Positions 1 through 11,660 of a stretch of 36,512 nucleotides of DNA are shown piece after piece (within the stretch, counting starts at the first letter, position 1; each line of letters starts with the position of its first letter). Below the pieces are notes generated by a model that did no database searches, was not told the DNA's origin, and saw only the letters and a program-made list of their open reading frames with translations. This stretch comes from Macrostomum lignano. Taxonomy: Eukaryota. Both the position numbers and the translations under genes were made by a program. The DNA lies in contig NIVC01004737.1 of assembly GCA_002269645.1 (NCBI GenBank), positions 1 to 36,512 of the forward strand, in the 5' to 3' direction.

Positions 1-485
1 TTCACCTAAAAAGGGGTCCCCAACTGCTCATACAGCTCAACACAATGCTCTAAACGGTTCTCTGTCCTCTAGGAGAGGAAGATAGCGAGAGAATGAGAAG
101 TGTAGAAATTTATGCAGCCATCGCTTTTTAGCTCTAACGATTTAACAGGGATTGGGTGGTGAGTGTGAAGTAGGCCTGTACTCCAGTACTAGCTGTACAG
201 CTGGCCTGTAGATTACAATACATGTAGTGCACCGCCGGTGCGCATTTTTGCTGCAGTCGTGCGACCGTTGCGGACTGCTTTTATTGGGAAAAAGTTTATC
301 GACTTAAAAAACGAAATTTTAAAGTGCAATAAAGCGGATTCAGATTTGCTTCGCTTCAGGGCTGATTAACACAGCAATCAAATTCACACGGGAATGAAAG
401 TTGATGCACAAGTAGTGTGATAACACGAAATTTGGCCTCGTTTGATGAGTTATAGTCTAAGCCTGAGGATATGGGAGGCTCCAGG

Positions 486-2248
486 AACTGAGTATCTAGG
501 AGGGTAGCGATGGCCCAGTAACTGGGGATCTGGGAGGCTGACCCAGCAACTGAGGATCTGGGAGGCTGGCCCAGCAACTGAGGATCTGGAGGCTGGCCAG
601 CAACAGAGGATCTGGGAGGCTGGCCCAGCAACTGAGGATCTGGGAGGCTGGCCCAGCAACTGAGGATCTGGGAGGCTGGCCCAGCAACTGGGGATCTGGG
701 AGGCTGGCCCAGCAACTGGGGATCTGGGAGGCTGGCCCAGCAACTGGGGATCTGGGAGGCTGGCCCAGCAACTGAGGATCTGGGAGGCTGGCCCAGCAAC
801 TGAGGATCTGGGAGGCTGGCTCAGCAACTGAGGATCTGGGAGGCTGGCCCAGCAACTGAGGATCTGGGAGGCTGGCCCAGCAACTGAGGATCTGGGAGGC
901 TGGCTCAGCAACTGAGGATCTGGGAGGCTGGCCCAGCAACTGGGTATCTGGGAGGCTGGCCCAGCAACTGAGGATCTGGGAGGCTGGCCCAGCAACTGAG
1001 GATCTGGGAGGCTGGCTCAGCAACTGAGGATCTGGGAGGCTGGCCCAGCAACTGGGTATCTGGGAGGCTGGCCCAGCAACTGAGGATCTGGGAGGCTGGC
1101 CCAGCAACTGAGGATCTGGGAGGCTGGCCCAGCAACTGAGGATCTGGGAGGCTGGCCCAGCAACTGAGGATCTGGGAGGCTGGCCCAGCAACTGGGGATC
1201 TAGGAGGCTGGCCCGGCAACTAAGGATCTGGAAGGCTGGCCCAGCAACTGAGGATCTGGGAGGCTGGCCCAGCAACTGAGGATCTGGAAGGCTGGCCCAG
1301 CAACTGAGGATCTGGGAGGCTGGCCCAGCAACTGAGGATCTGGGAGGCTGGCCCAGCAACTGGGGATCTGGGAGGCTGGCCCAGCAACTGGGGATCTGGG
1401 AGGCTGGCCCAGCAACTGAGAATCTGGGAGGCTGGCCCAGCAACTGAGGATCTGGGAGGCTGGCCCAGCAACTGAGGATCTGGGAGGCTGGCCCAGCAAC
1501 TGGGGATCTGGGAGGCTGGCCCGGCAACTGAGAATCTGGGAGGCTGGCCCAGCAACTGAGGATCTGGGAGGCTGGCCCAGCAACTGAGGATCTGGGAGGC
1601 TGGCCCAGCAACTGGGGATCTGGGAGGCTGGCCCAGCAACTGGGGATCTAGGAGGCTGGCCCGGCAACTGAGGATCTGGGAGGCTGGCCCAGCAACTGAG
1701 GATCTGGAAGGCTGGCCAGCAACTGAGGATCTGGGAGGCTGGCCCAGCAACTGAGGATCTGGGAGGCTGGCCCAGCAACTGGGGATCTGGGAGGCTGGCC
1801 CAGCAACTGGGGATCTGGGAGGCTGGCCCAGCAACTGAGGATCTAGGAGGCTGGCCCAGCAACTAAGGATCTGGGAGGCTGGCCCAGCAACTGAGGATCT
1901 GGAGGCTGGCCCAGCAACTGGGATCTGGGAGGCTGGCCCAGCAACTGAGGATCTAGGAGGCTGGCCCGGCAACTGAGGATCTGGAAGGCTGGCCCAGCAA
2001 CTGAGGATCTGGGAGGCTGGCCCAGCAACTGAGAATCTGGGAGGCTGGCCCAGCAACTGGGATCTGGGAGGCTGGCCCAGCAACTGGGGATCTGGGAGGC
2101 TGGCCCAGCAACTGAGGATCTGGGAGGCTGGCGGTAGCCCAGCAACTGAGGATCTGGGAGGCTGGCGGTAGCCCAGCAACTGAGGATCTGGGAGGCTGGC
2201 GGTAGCCCAGCAACTGAGGATCTGGGAGGCTTGAGCCCAGCTACTGGG
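486..2248. repeat. 28-bp minisatellite (~62 copies) in TMEM131 intron 4
   Basis: Unit AACTGAGGATCTGGGAGGCTGGCCCAGC read directly. The last three units are 34 bp (insertion in GGCGGTAGCCC). Degenerate edges. Confidence 0.97.
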
Positions 2249-2884
2249 TATGTGAGAGACTCTGGAATCTACGAGCAACGAATTCGAACAACTACGACTT
2301 TTGTTCCATTTTACTGAACTATTCGAAACACCGTTGCAAACAGCCCATGCTCAAAATCAATTCGATTTTCTCCAGAAAACTATAGAAAGCACTGAAGAAT
2401 TATTAGCGGCGCAAAAGGAACGCAAAAGGCTCTAGCAAAACTGTTTGAACTGAGCGCTTTCCAAAGAAGAGAAAATTAATTCCAGGAAACAGCTGCCAGC
2501 TGCGAGTTCTTGCAGACCGTCAGAGAGAAAAGGAACTAATTGGAATTGCGATATCAATCAAGTTGGCCGTCCAATCATCAAGCGAACCCTCGAACTTCTT
2601 TTTCACTGCCCTGAGAGATAGCGGGAAAATTAACAAATTACTGTCGAAAATTGGAAATAACCAAATTTCCGAGCTCAGTCCGAGCCTAGCGGCATTTATC
2701 TAGAGATAATTGTTAGACTAATTTGGCGAAAGCCCGTCCCAAGCAAACCATTTCTTTTTCTGTTTATTACCGACTTAGGAAGCATCGTTTAAGTTCCAAT
2801 TTAACAAGAGGCGAAATGATTGCAATAGCATAAAGATAAAAACCTATGTGCCTATGTACTCGTACTTTCACAAAACGGTCATTA

Positions 2885-3108
2885 GTCAGGTGACTTTTAA
2901 AAAATGCACTCAGTCGCGAATTTAAACACCAACGTTCGGTCACGTGATTTAAAAGAAACGCAAATTGATCACGTGAATTCCAACTGAATCACGTGGTTTG
3001 AAAATGAAACTTGGTCACGTGATTCAAAGAAGTGCAACCTAGTCACGTGATTCAAGAAAAGCAAACTGATCACATGATTTAAAAAAGCACAACTGAGTCA
3101 CGTAATTT
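2885..3108. promoter_or_regulatory. Array of E-boxes (RTCACGTGAT) in a degenerate ~28-bp tandem repeat, intronic
   Basis: CACGTG at 2941, 2970, 2990, 3016, 3044; variants CACATG 3071, CACGTA 3099, CAGGTG near 2887. Regulatory function is inferred. Confidence 0.55.
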
Positions 3109-3179
3109 AATCTAACTGCAAACATGTTTAAAAGACAATTAAATGGCTAAAATCACCCAGTACTGCACAGATCGCTTAC

Positions 3180-3303
3180 CTCAGTCTTGAAGAACGAGCA
3201 GTGAAAATGCGGCGCAGTGGACGATATGGACAACAGCTGCAAAGGCTGACTGGTGTGCGTGTTGAACACGAGCACCTGCTCGAGACGGGGCTCGCCAATA
3301 TGA
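3180..3303 (-). CDS. TMEM131: TMEM131 homologue, coding exon 4 (gene continues beyond left edge)
   Basis: TTTGCAG acceptor, GTAAGC donor. Encodes HIGEPRLEQVLVFNTHTSQPLQLLSISSTAPHFHCSFFKTE, resembling the TMEM131 N-domain (PVGMPKMEKVYLHN...LVSISATTSHFHASFF, from memory). Confidence 0.88.
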
Positions 3304-3394
3304 CTGCAAATATGCCATATATCCAGATATATACATACTCAGAATGAATTAGCTCAACAGAAGTTATAGAAAAAAAGTATTTTGCTTAACTTAC

Positions 3395-3463
3395 TGCTCT
3401 TTAAAATCTAAGAATGGTGGCTCAAAATGTAGATGACTGACTGGGAGCTTTGACTTTGGGCTG
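3395..3463 (-). CDS. TMEM131: TMEM131 homologue, coding exon 3
   Basis: TTTTTTTAG acceptor, GTAAGT donor, phases 2/2. Encodes SPKSKLPVSHLHFEPPFLDFKE, matching the TMEM131 FEPPxLDFxE motif. Confidence 0.88.
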
Positions 3464-3539
3464 CTAAAAAAAGAATGCAGAGTATTAACTTTACTCTACA
3501 AATACTTCAATAAATATTATTTCAGCTCAGGTCACTTAC

Positions 3540-3610
3540 TTTAGGGCAGACAATACATCTGAAGAAAATTCACCATTCCCATATACATTAAGGTCCAAAA
3601 GCCTGCTTGT
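3540..3610 (-). CDS. TMEM131: TMEM131 homologue, coding exon 2
   Basis: TTCTTTCAG acceptor, GTAAGT donor. 71 bp, phase 0 to 2, bridges exons 1 and 3 in frame (TSRLLDLNVYGNGEFSSDVLSAL). Confidence 0.75.
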
Positions 3611-4168
3611 CTGAAAGAACTCTGAAATAGAGAATAGTGAGATTTGAAAAATATGAGATCAATTTTTATAAAATTAAATCTGTTTCTTTAGACATACAAT
3701 AACTAACATTGAGCTATTAAAAAGCAAAAAATCAACATAAAGCAATTATGAAATATAATAAAGGCCACCAATCATATATTTATAAGTGTATCTAGTCATT
3801 GATTTTAGTTTTTGGGAATATATATCAATATATTCAGCTTGATAAAGAATTCAAAAATAAAAAAGAATTGTCACAATAGTAATAAATTTTGAAACAATTT
3901 TAGAATATCCAATTCTTGATATTAAAATAAAAGACTAACAAAGAAAGGCTAAGAGGTTAGAAAAAATCTAAAGAATATCCATAAAAGATAGAGTATTTTG
4001 TTTTTGTACTTTTTAAGTAATTATTAAGCTCATATAAATTTTTAAGTTAGCAAAAGTAAATACAAGTTGAATGTTATATTTTTAATTTTCATATAATATA
4101 TATTTATTAAGCAGTCATTACATGATTATTAGATTCAAGCAAACAATAATTCAAGAAGGAAAACTTAC

Positions 4169-4258
4169 CTTGGCCTGAGTACTTTTGGTCGGACGCACAA
4201 AAATACAAAGACTCGATGCAAATAGAATTAGTAAGCATATTGCAATAAACTTCCACAT
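4169..4258 (-). CDS. TMEM131: TMEM131 homologue, coding exon 1 (signal peptide)
   Basis: AAAATGT start, MWKFIAICLLILFASSLCIFVRPTKSTQAK (hydrophobic signal-peptide-like), AAG/GTAAGT donor, phase 0. Confidence 0.75.
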
Positions 4259-5429
4259 TTTGACTTTCATTAAATTTATTTAAACAAGATAGCACAATAG
4301 AGCTATCAAAAATGGATTTATGATCGTTTGACTTCGAAATCAGTATCCAATAGGAATCAAACTTAGATTGCAATCAACCAAAACTTGTGACTGTAAATAG
4401 TAATTTTTGTGGCCTAAAGAATAGACAACAAGATCAAGACTTTTATTGCAGTCAGTGACACGAAATGAATTTGTGTTGCTAATTTAATTGGAACAGACTG
4501 TGACAATATGGTAGGTGTATAGTGTGTGCAGTCCAAAATAAAAACAAGAAAAATAGAAAGAAATTTTTGATGAAGAAAAGCTCATCTGAATGCAGATTTG
4601 GACTTGGACTCGAACGAATCAATGGAACATTAAATCAACGTTCGAACTGCAAAAATAAGAATGATTTGAAAGCGTGCGGCATGCTGTTTCTATGAGAAAC
4701 ATCGTTAAAAACGATTTAAAAGGCACGATAACTAACGAAGAATATTAGTGGATTTTTTGTTTTATCCTTTATAACAGTTTAAACATTTCGTATAAAACAT
4801 AATTATAAAAGATTATTATTGACAGAAAATTTGTAAAACAGAGATCTGATTTGGAACAATGCATTTAACTGTTACCGTTTTTATGGTCCCGCACATGTAT
4901 GCCCTTGTCTAGTTTTTAATCACAAACAACAGATTTTTGTCTAGTGATCACGCATAAATTTTTCTAGTGTCACTAACTAGTTTTCAATAAATTTCTCGCG
5001 ACACCTTGTAAGACCAATCTTAGTAATGTGAACTTATTCACATCAGACAGCTTTGATTTTCATGTCGATACATAATATTTAAGCACTTTGGTTACCATTA
5101 TTAGTCTGCATAAATTGAACCACTAGAGAAGCGTACACTCGAGTATACATGTAAATTGTGCAATAACTTTCTCAAGCACGGCAGAATAACATTGCATCCA
5201 TATGCTATATAGATAGTGACAGGGTTTTACATTATAGATCACATACATGTACATGTAGAAAAATCGTGAAGGCAATTTGGTTTAGTAAATTTGGTAGCTG
5301 ATTTGCCATAGACTAATATTAATTATTACGAATTTCGCAACACCCAAATTGCTACATCGGGTGTAACTTGGTACCTTAAACCGATAACCGCAGGCTGAGT
5401 TAAAGCAAGACAAGTTCATAATTCCACTT

Positions 5430-5763
5430 ATGGATGCAAACAAAACTAATAGCATCGCACATGATGATGAAAGAGATTTGGACTGTTTTGAAGCAACCGT
5501 GGGCGACAAAGCAATCAAGATTGACAAGCGCGACGATGATATCATAATAAACAACGAGTGCAAGCGAATCATGCGGAATCTCTGCAGCACACCTGTCGGT
5601 CGAGCAAACTTCGAATCCGAAGTGGAAGTGACACAGCCATCATTTCTGACACCAGAAGATCGCATTCTATTCTTTAAAACAAAAATGTTTTACTTGCTGC
5701 AGGAGCGCCACTGCTTTCTTCAACAGAGCAACCGAGCAAAACAATGCGGAGAGAAGTTAAATA
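5430..5763 (+). CDS. Unrecognised protein, probable exon (may extend 5' to acceptor at 5393)
   Basis: 133-codon ORF (5430-5831), open 36 nt further upstream to CCGCAG/GCT. Joined in frame to the next ORF by a candidate 68-bp GT-AG intron 5764-5831. Confidence 0.5.
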
Positions 5764-5831
5764 GTAAAAGAAAGAAAACAATATCAGAGGCCTATCCAGT
5801 TTTTTGTCGCCGTTTGGTGAGTCCGTCGTAG

Positions 5832-6670
5832 ATCAGGACTTGCCGCCAAGCAACAGTCCGGTTAGGAAGCGGTACCGCAGCGTAGTTGGCTCAGAGTTGC
5901 TGAAACCGGACGGCGGTAAAAGGACTGCTTTGTTGACCAAGATTCCTTCAACTAACAAGATGCAAGCCAGCTCACAGGTCCATAAAACGGGGATGAGCAG
6001 GTTTCTAGAAAACATCCGCAAAGCTGATCTGTCGGCAATGCGCATGCTGGAAGAGAAAATCCTCAAGACAATGGAAGGAGCCGGCTATGCCTCACTTTTC
6101 AAAGATGATGTCAAGAAAATTGAAGTGCTCCTTGACATCTTTGCCGATTATAATCTTCTAATGCAGGATGGAAAGGACGAGGAGAGCATGCTAAACAATT
6201 TGGCCAATCACGTTCGAACTCGTATTAAATACTTTGACAAGCTGCAGCAGTTCTACGATAATCCGATTAACCGCGACGATCATACGGCGCACGTGTTCAG
6301 CATACCTAACATGGATGTGGCCGACGTGCACGAAGAGCTGGTCAACCTCAGGCCGAAGCGGATGCATCAGCTAGACGAGAAGAAAATCAAGAATCTGTAC
6401 GCATTGTTCAAGGACGACTATAGTACAGCCAAAACCACCCTAATTGCCGACGGAACTCAGCCGGTTGTGCTCAACAGAAAAAAGATGGACCGAGTCAAGC
6501 GATACGTCGACGAGTGCTTAGATTGGAAAGGCGCTACACTGGTGCCGTACGTTCCGGAGATGAACTTCTTCGGCCTGACGATATTATGGAAACGGGAACA
6601 GGAGTCTGTGAAATCCACCGACACCGATATTGATGCTTTGAAACCTAACCTGGAGAAAGACGGGGACTAA
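5832..6670 (+). CDS. Unrecognised protein, main/last exon (~279 aa)
   Basis: 288-codon non-repetitive ORF, CpG-rich with coding-like composition against AT-rich flanks. Basic cluster SPVRKRYR. No family recognised. Confidence 0.62.
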
Positions 6671-7816
6671 TACTTTGTTGTTATTGATGCAGCTGTTTTT
6701 TTACTTTCTATCTGTCGCTTACTTTTAATATGAACAAAAGAAAATACAAAGGCATGACTGTACCCTTTCTTACACACGCTTGTCTTTAGTGTACGCACAA
6801 CCGTAATACCCGAGGTAAATCTATCGTATATAGTAACAGAAGATCATCAAGTATTTCCAATGTACAAAGCAAAGAGATCAGCCAGAAAAGATTGTCGAAA
6901 ATTCAAGTCAAGAAAAATAGTTTGCTATTAGTCAATAGATAGGTACTGTTTTGATTTTGTTGTAAAATACAAATATAACACACAGATCAAGCGTAACCAG
7001 TAGACAGTTGTAAAACAATCCGAAATCAAGCAGTTTGCCGAGTAACTTTATGCAACGCGCAGAATTGCATGTACGCGACTGGGTTGAACCCGAATTCAAA
7101 GTGACCAGGTCAGCAGGACACAAACTTATAAATATAGATTTTCAACACAAATTCTGGCTAGAACAACGGGGTGTCTCAATAAGAAGGATCGAAAATAAAC
7201 ATCATATGGTGACATTACCTCTCGTCGGAGAAGTTCAAAACCCAACTGTTCAGTTCTTAACACTTGTAAATTTTTGTTTGTAACGTTTCAGCTACAACAG
7301 ATAATACTACTAGAATGACCGACAATAAGTTTTCAGATTTGCTGCTGTCATATGCATTGTCTAGCAATTTGATGGTCATTATTCACATTTTTAACGCAGA
7401 ACAATCAATTACTACAAGCAATGAATTGTCTGTAGGATCGTCAAACAAAAAAACAATGCAAAGAATTAGCGGTCGCAGCACGTGACAACGAATTGTCTAT
7501 GGGCGCTTGCCAGACAATCATTGTCACGCACTGGGACCGCCGATGTTGCAATCTACAACATGATGATTGGCCATAGACAAAAGTGCAGCTGCTAAATCCG
7601 ATTGCACGCTGGGTTGGGTGGAGTGAAAGGCATCCAACTGGACTCAAGAATTGATGCAGTGTAAAATGCAGCCGAGTCCTATCCAGCGCGTCTTGCCAGA
7701 GTGCATTTTAAATGATGGAAGGCATCATTCGAGTTTGCTACTTATGTTAATAGCAGTATCAGTTCGAGCTGAAACTTTACTGACAAAAACTTACAAGTGT
7801 TTACAACTGAGCTGTT

Positions 7817-8175
7817 TTTTTTATTAGAGGCAGGGGGGTTGTGTGCACCCTGGCGCACTTTAAGCGACATAGGCACACAACCGGCGAGAGGCATTACTGC
7901 CCATTCCGCCGACTCCCCTGAGCAGGCATACAAGCGCGCGGATACGTACGCAGGCACACACTCACACAGGAGTGTACAGCGGCCCTAACTTTATATTATC
8001 GTTAGGCATGTACAATTCACTGCGCCTTGGGGGGTGGCTCTAAAGGGCGTTAATTGCACGAGCAGAGCCAAGCCGAGATTCCAATTCAGCCCCAAATTAA
8101 TGTGACTGCACTTGGAATCGAGCCTGGGTCGCTGGCACACCAGAGCCTGCGCTAGACCGCTGGGCTACGGCCCCC
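7817..8175 (-). mobile_element. Full-length tRNA-derived SINE (non-CORE body), 10-bp TSD
   Basis: Head GGGGGCCGTAGCCCAGCGG (A box) ... GGCTCGATTCC (B box). 3' AATAAAAAAAA tail. CTGAGCTGTT duplicated at 7807-7816 and 8176-8185. Confidence 0.85.
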
Positions 8176-9247
8176 CTGAGCTGTTGAGTTTTGAACTTCT
8201 CCGCTGAGAGGAAGTGTCACAGCATGCATTGATTTTGGCGCCCAATTCAGACACCCAGTTTATAACTTATATTGTTGATAAAATTGGATGAAAGCAATTT
8301 TCCAAAGCGACACAGCACAACAAGAAAGCCCTACACAGTGCCAATTGTTGACTTAGGAATCCTGCAGCGAATATGAGCATCTCCTATGATAATTGATGCT
8401 GGTTTCCTTTATCTTGCAAATAATATACGTATATAAAATTGGAGTCATCAAATATTTCACTTGTTATTGAATTAATGAATAATTAATTAAACAACAAAAT
8501 AAGGGTAGAAATAAATGAAAATAAATTCTTCTTCTTACATAATTTTAATACATAGATAGACAAAAGCATAAATTCCATTCTTTTGCAAACACTCAATAAC
8601 AACAAATATGCATAATAGTCTAAACTATTAGACAATAAAAAACTATAAATATGAAAAATAGTCAACAAAATGACTAATTCAGTTAAATTATTTGCAACTC
8701 AATTAAGTTTTTTTTGCAAATATGTGCCACCGCCATGGACGAAAGATGACTAATTGTTGTGCGTGAAAGATGACACGAATGTAAAGATGACGGACAAAAA
8801 GTAGGTAATCTGGATAATGCCAAAAACTGCAGTCTAGAAAGTGAATTCAACTTAGGAGGAAATTAAACGCCAATAAAAAGTAGCCTGAAATCGCAGGAAA
8901 AAATATTTGAGTCTTCAATCTGATTTTTGTCAAGTCACCTCATCAATAAATTAAATTTGACTTAGAATTTGGGTTAACTGCTAACAGCGAGGTTAAGAAG
9001 CATCACAGAGTCACCACATTCGGCCATAGACTATATCTTTGTCAATAGTCTATGGCCAAAAGGTATATCTTGTTAATACTGAAGTAGTCTATGTCTAAAA
9101 GACACAGGGTGTACGGCGGCCCTGACTTTTTAATTGTCGAATTTTCGAATTGTACAAGGGGTTGTATAACCAGACAGATTTGATCACACAGCAAATCAGA
9201 AGTCCATGGCTACTACTATATTGTTATAACCCCAACATATTTGAATT

Positions 9248-9733
9248 TTAGCAGCAAGAAAAGAAAGGCCGTTTATAATACTTGGCACGATAAGTGAATG
9301 GCTGCTGCTGATGCTGTTGATCGTCCGACGCGTTTGAACCGGAAGCGCCGGTCCGGGATCGAGTCCGCTCCATAGTGAGCACGGGCAGCTGTACTAACTG
9401 CACAGGACTGAGACAGTCGCGCATTGCTTTTGTCAGATTGAGCGCCTGGCCTCGCAGTACGTCCATCTGGCGCTCACAGGTGGCCCGATCGTAGCCCCGG
9501 TCGGTGCGAAACAGGCACACCAGCTCATCGCATAGCGATTGAACAAAGCGCATATCGGCTAGGCGGGGCAGCACCAATTCTTTGATTCGATCGCTGAATG
9601 GCGCCTTCGCCTGCGGCAGCCAGGCCCAATGAAACGGATAGGCGCGCCATTGGTCCGGATGTTTAAACGGAAATGCCAGGCCGTTGTCTATTGCGGCTAA
9701 GCTGATCTTGGGTTGTTGGACTATGCCCCAGTC
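9248..9733 (-). CDS. PI4K2: PI4K type II, exon 5 (terminal)
   Basis: Encodes DWGIV...LAAIDNGLAFPFKHPDQWRAYPFHWAWLPQAK...RPFFSCC*. 486 bp, phase 0, weak AAG acceptor. Confidence 0.93.
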   Translation of the reverse strand, partial: DWGIVQQPKISLAAIDNGLAFPFKHPDQWRAYPFHWAWLPQAKAPFSDRIKELVLPRLADMRFVQSLCDELVCLFRTDRGYDRATCERQMDVLRGQALNLTKAMRDCLSPVQLVQLPVLTMERTRSRTGASGSNASDDQQHQQQPFTYRAKYYKRPFFSCC

Positions 9734-9784
9734 CTTTCAACGGAGTGCCGGGTTGTGAATTCATTTAGTGGCATGGCTTAGTTA

Positions 9785-9995
9785 ACAGTCTATGGCCAAA
9801 AGGCATATCTTTTATCGATAGTCTATGGCCAAAAGGCATATATTCTTTCATTAGTCTATGGCCAAAAAGAAAATATCTTTTATCAATAGTCTATTGCCAA
9901 AAGGCATATCTTTCATCAATAGGCTATGGCCAAAAGCTATCTTTATCGATAGTCTATGGCTAAAAGGCATACATTTTATCAATAGTCTATGGCAA
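9785..9995. repeat. ~33-bp tandem repeat (7 copies) in PI4K2 intron 4
   Basis: Unit ATAGTCTATGGCCAAAAGGCATATCTTTTATCG; core at 9788, 9821, 9854, 9889, 9922, 9952, 9985. Confidence 0.92.
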
Positions 9996-10046
9996 TGGTT
10001 TACTAGATTTTTCTGTCTAAAGTAGCATATTTAGTGCATACTTTTA

Positions 10047-10337
<291 letters not shown>

Positions 10338-10468
10338 TTAGGCGCTGGGTGAAATATGAGCTACTGAACTCAATTATTGAGCTCCTATTACGTATTGATA
10401 AAAAGAAAGAATGATAACCTACTAAATAAGAGTTTTCAGGCTTTTTCAATGCTACTAACGAGTAGTTA

Positions 10469-11314
<846 letters not shown>

Positions 11315-11660
11315 TTATGAATAGGCATTTCAATTTCAATGTGGCTACTTATTAGGGCCTAAGTAGTAGCAACTGGGAATTTATGTTAAAATGTCACTAA
11401 ATTAAAAATATAGTGAAACCAGCTGACCAGTCGTTGTTTAACTTTTTTATCTATCTTTTACACGAAAAGATAAGCATATTTACCATGATTAACAGTTACG
11501 GTTGACTTCAATTCCGCTTTATTGCAAGCATACAGCCGCTATCAATGCTAATATGAGTATAGTTGGCCTAGTGTTACGCGCCTGCATTAAACACGCAGAA
11601 CAGTATTGTGCATAAATTTTCCCGATAAAATCTAGTCTAATAGTATTAATGGAAGACGCT

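Noticed and set aside
11-23. AGGGGTCCCCAAC, hAT-like terminus
   Set aside because: No partner TIR or TSD found in the window.
229-241. GCACC-GCC-GGTGC hairpin as a Helitron 3' end
   Set aside because: No CTRR terminus at the expected distance and no other Helitron features.
356-2278. Long GQPPRS/CWASLP ORFs (up to 371 aa)
   Set aside because: Frame-rotating translations of the 28-bp minisatellite inside a TMEM131 intron.
2256-2435. 59-codon ATG-less plus-strand frame (ETLEST...ERKRL)
   Set aside because: Short, no start or credible splice sites, no recognisable homology.
5768-5831. Programmed -1 frameshift joining the two orphan ORFs at AGTTTTTTG
   Set aside because: No canonical X XXY YYZ heptamer in frame and no evident downstream structure; a short intron explains it more simply.
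8103-8175. tRNA genes at 8103-8175 and ~23990-24060
   Set aside because: A and B boxes are present but acceptor stems do not pair, and both continue into SINE bodies with tails and TSDs.
8726-8750. Near-perfect Kozak GCCACCGCCATGG
   Set aside because: Followed by a 4-codon ORF (MDER*); chance match.
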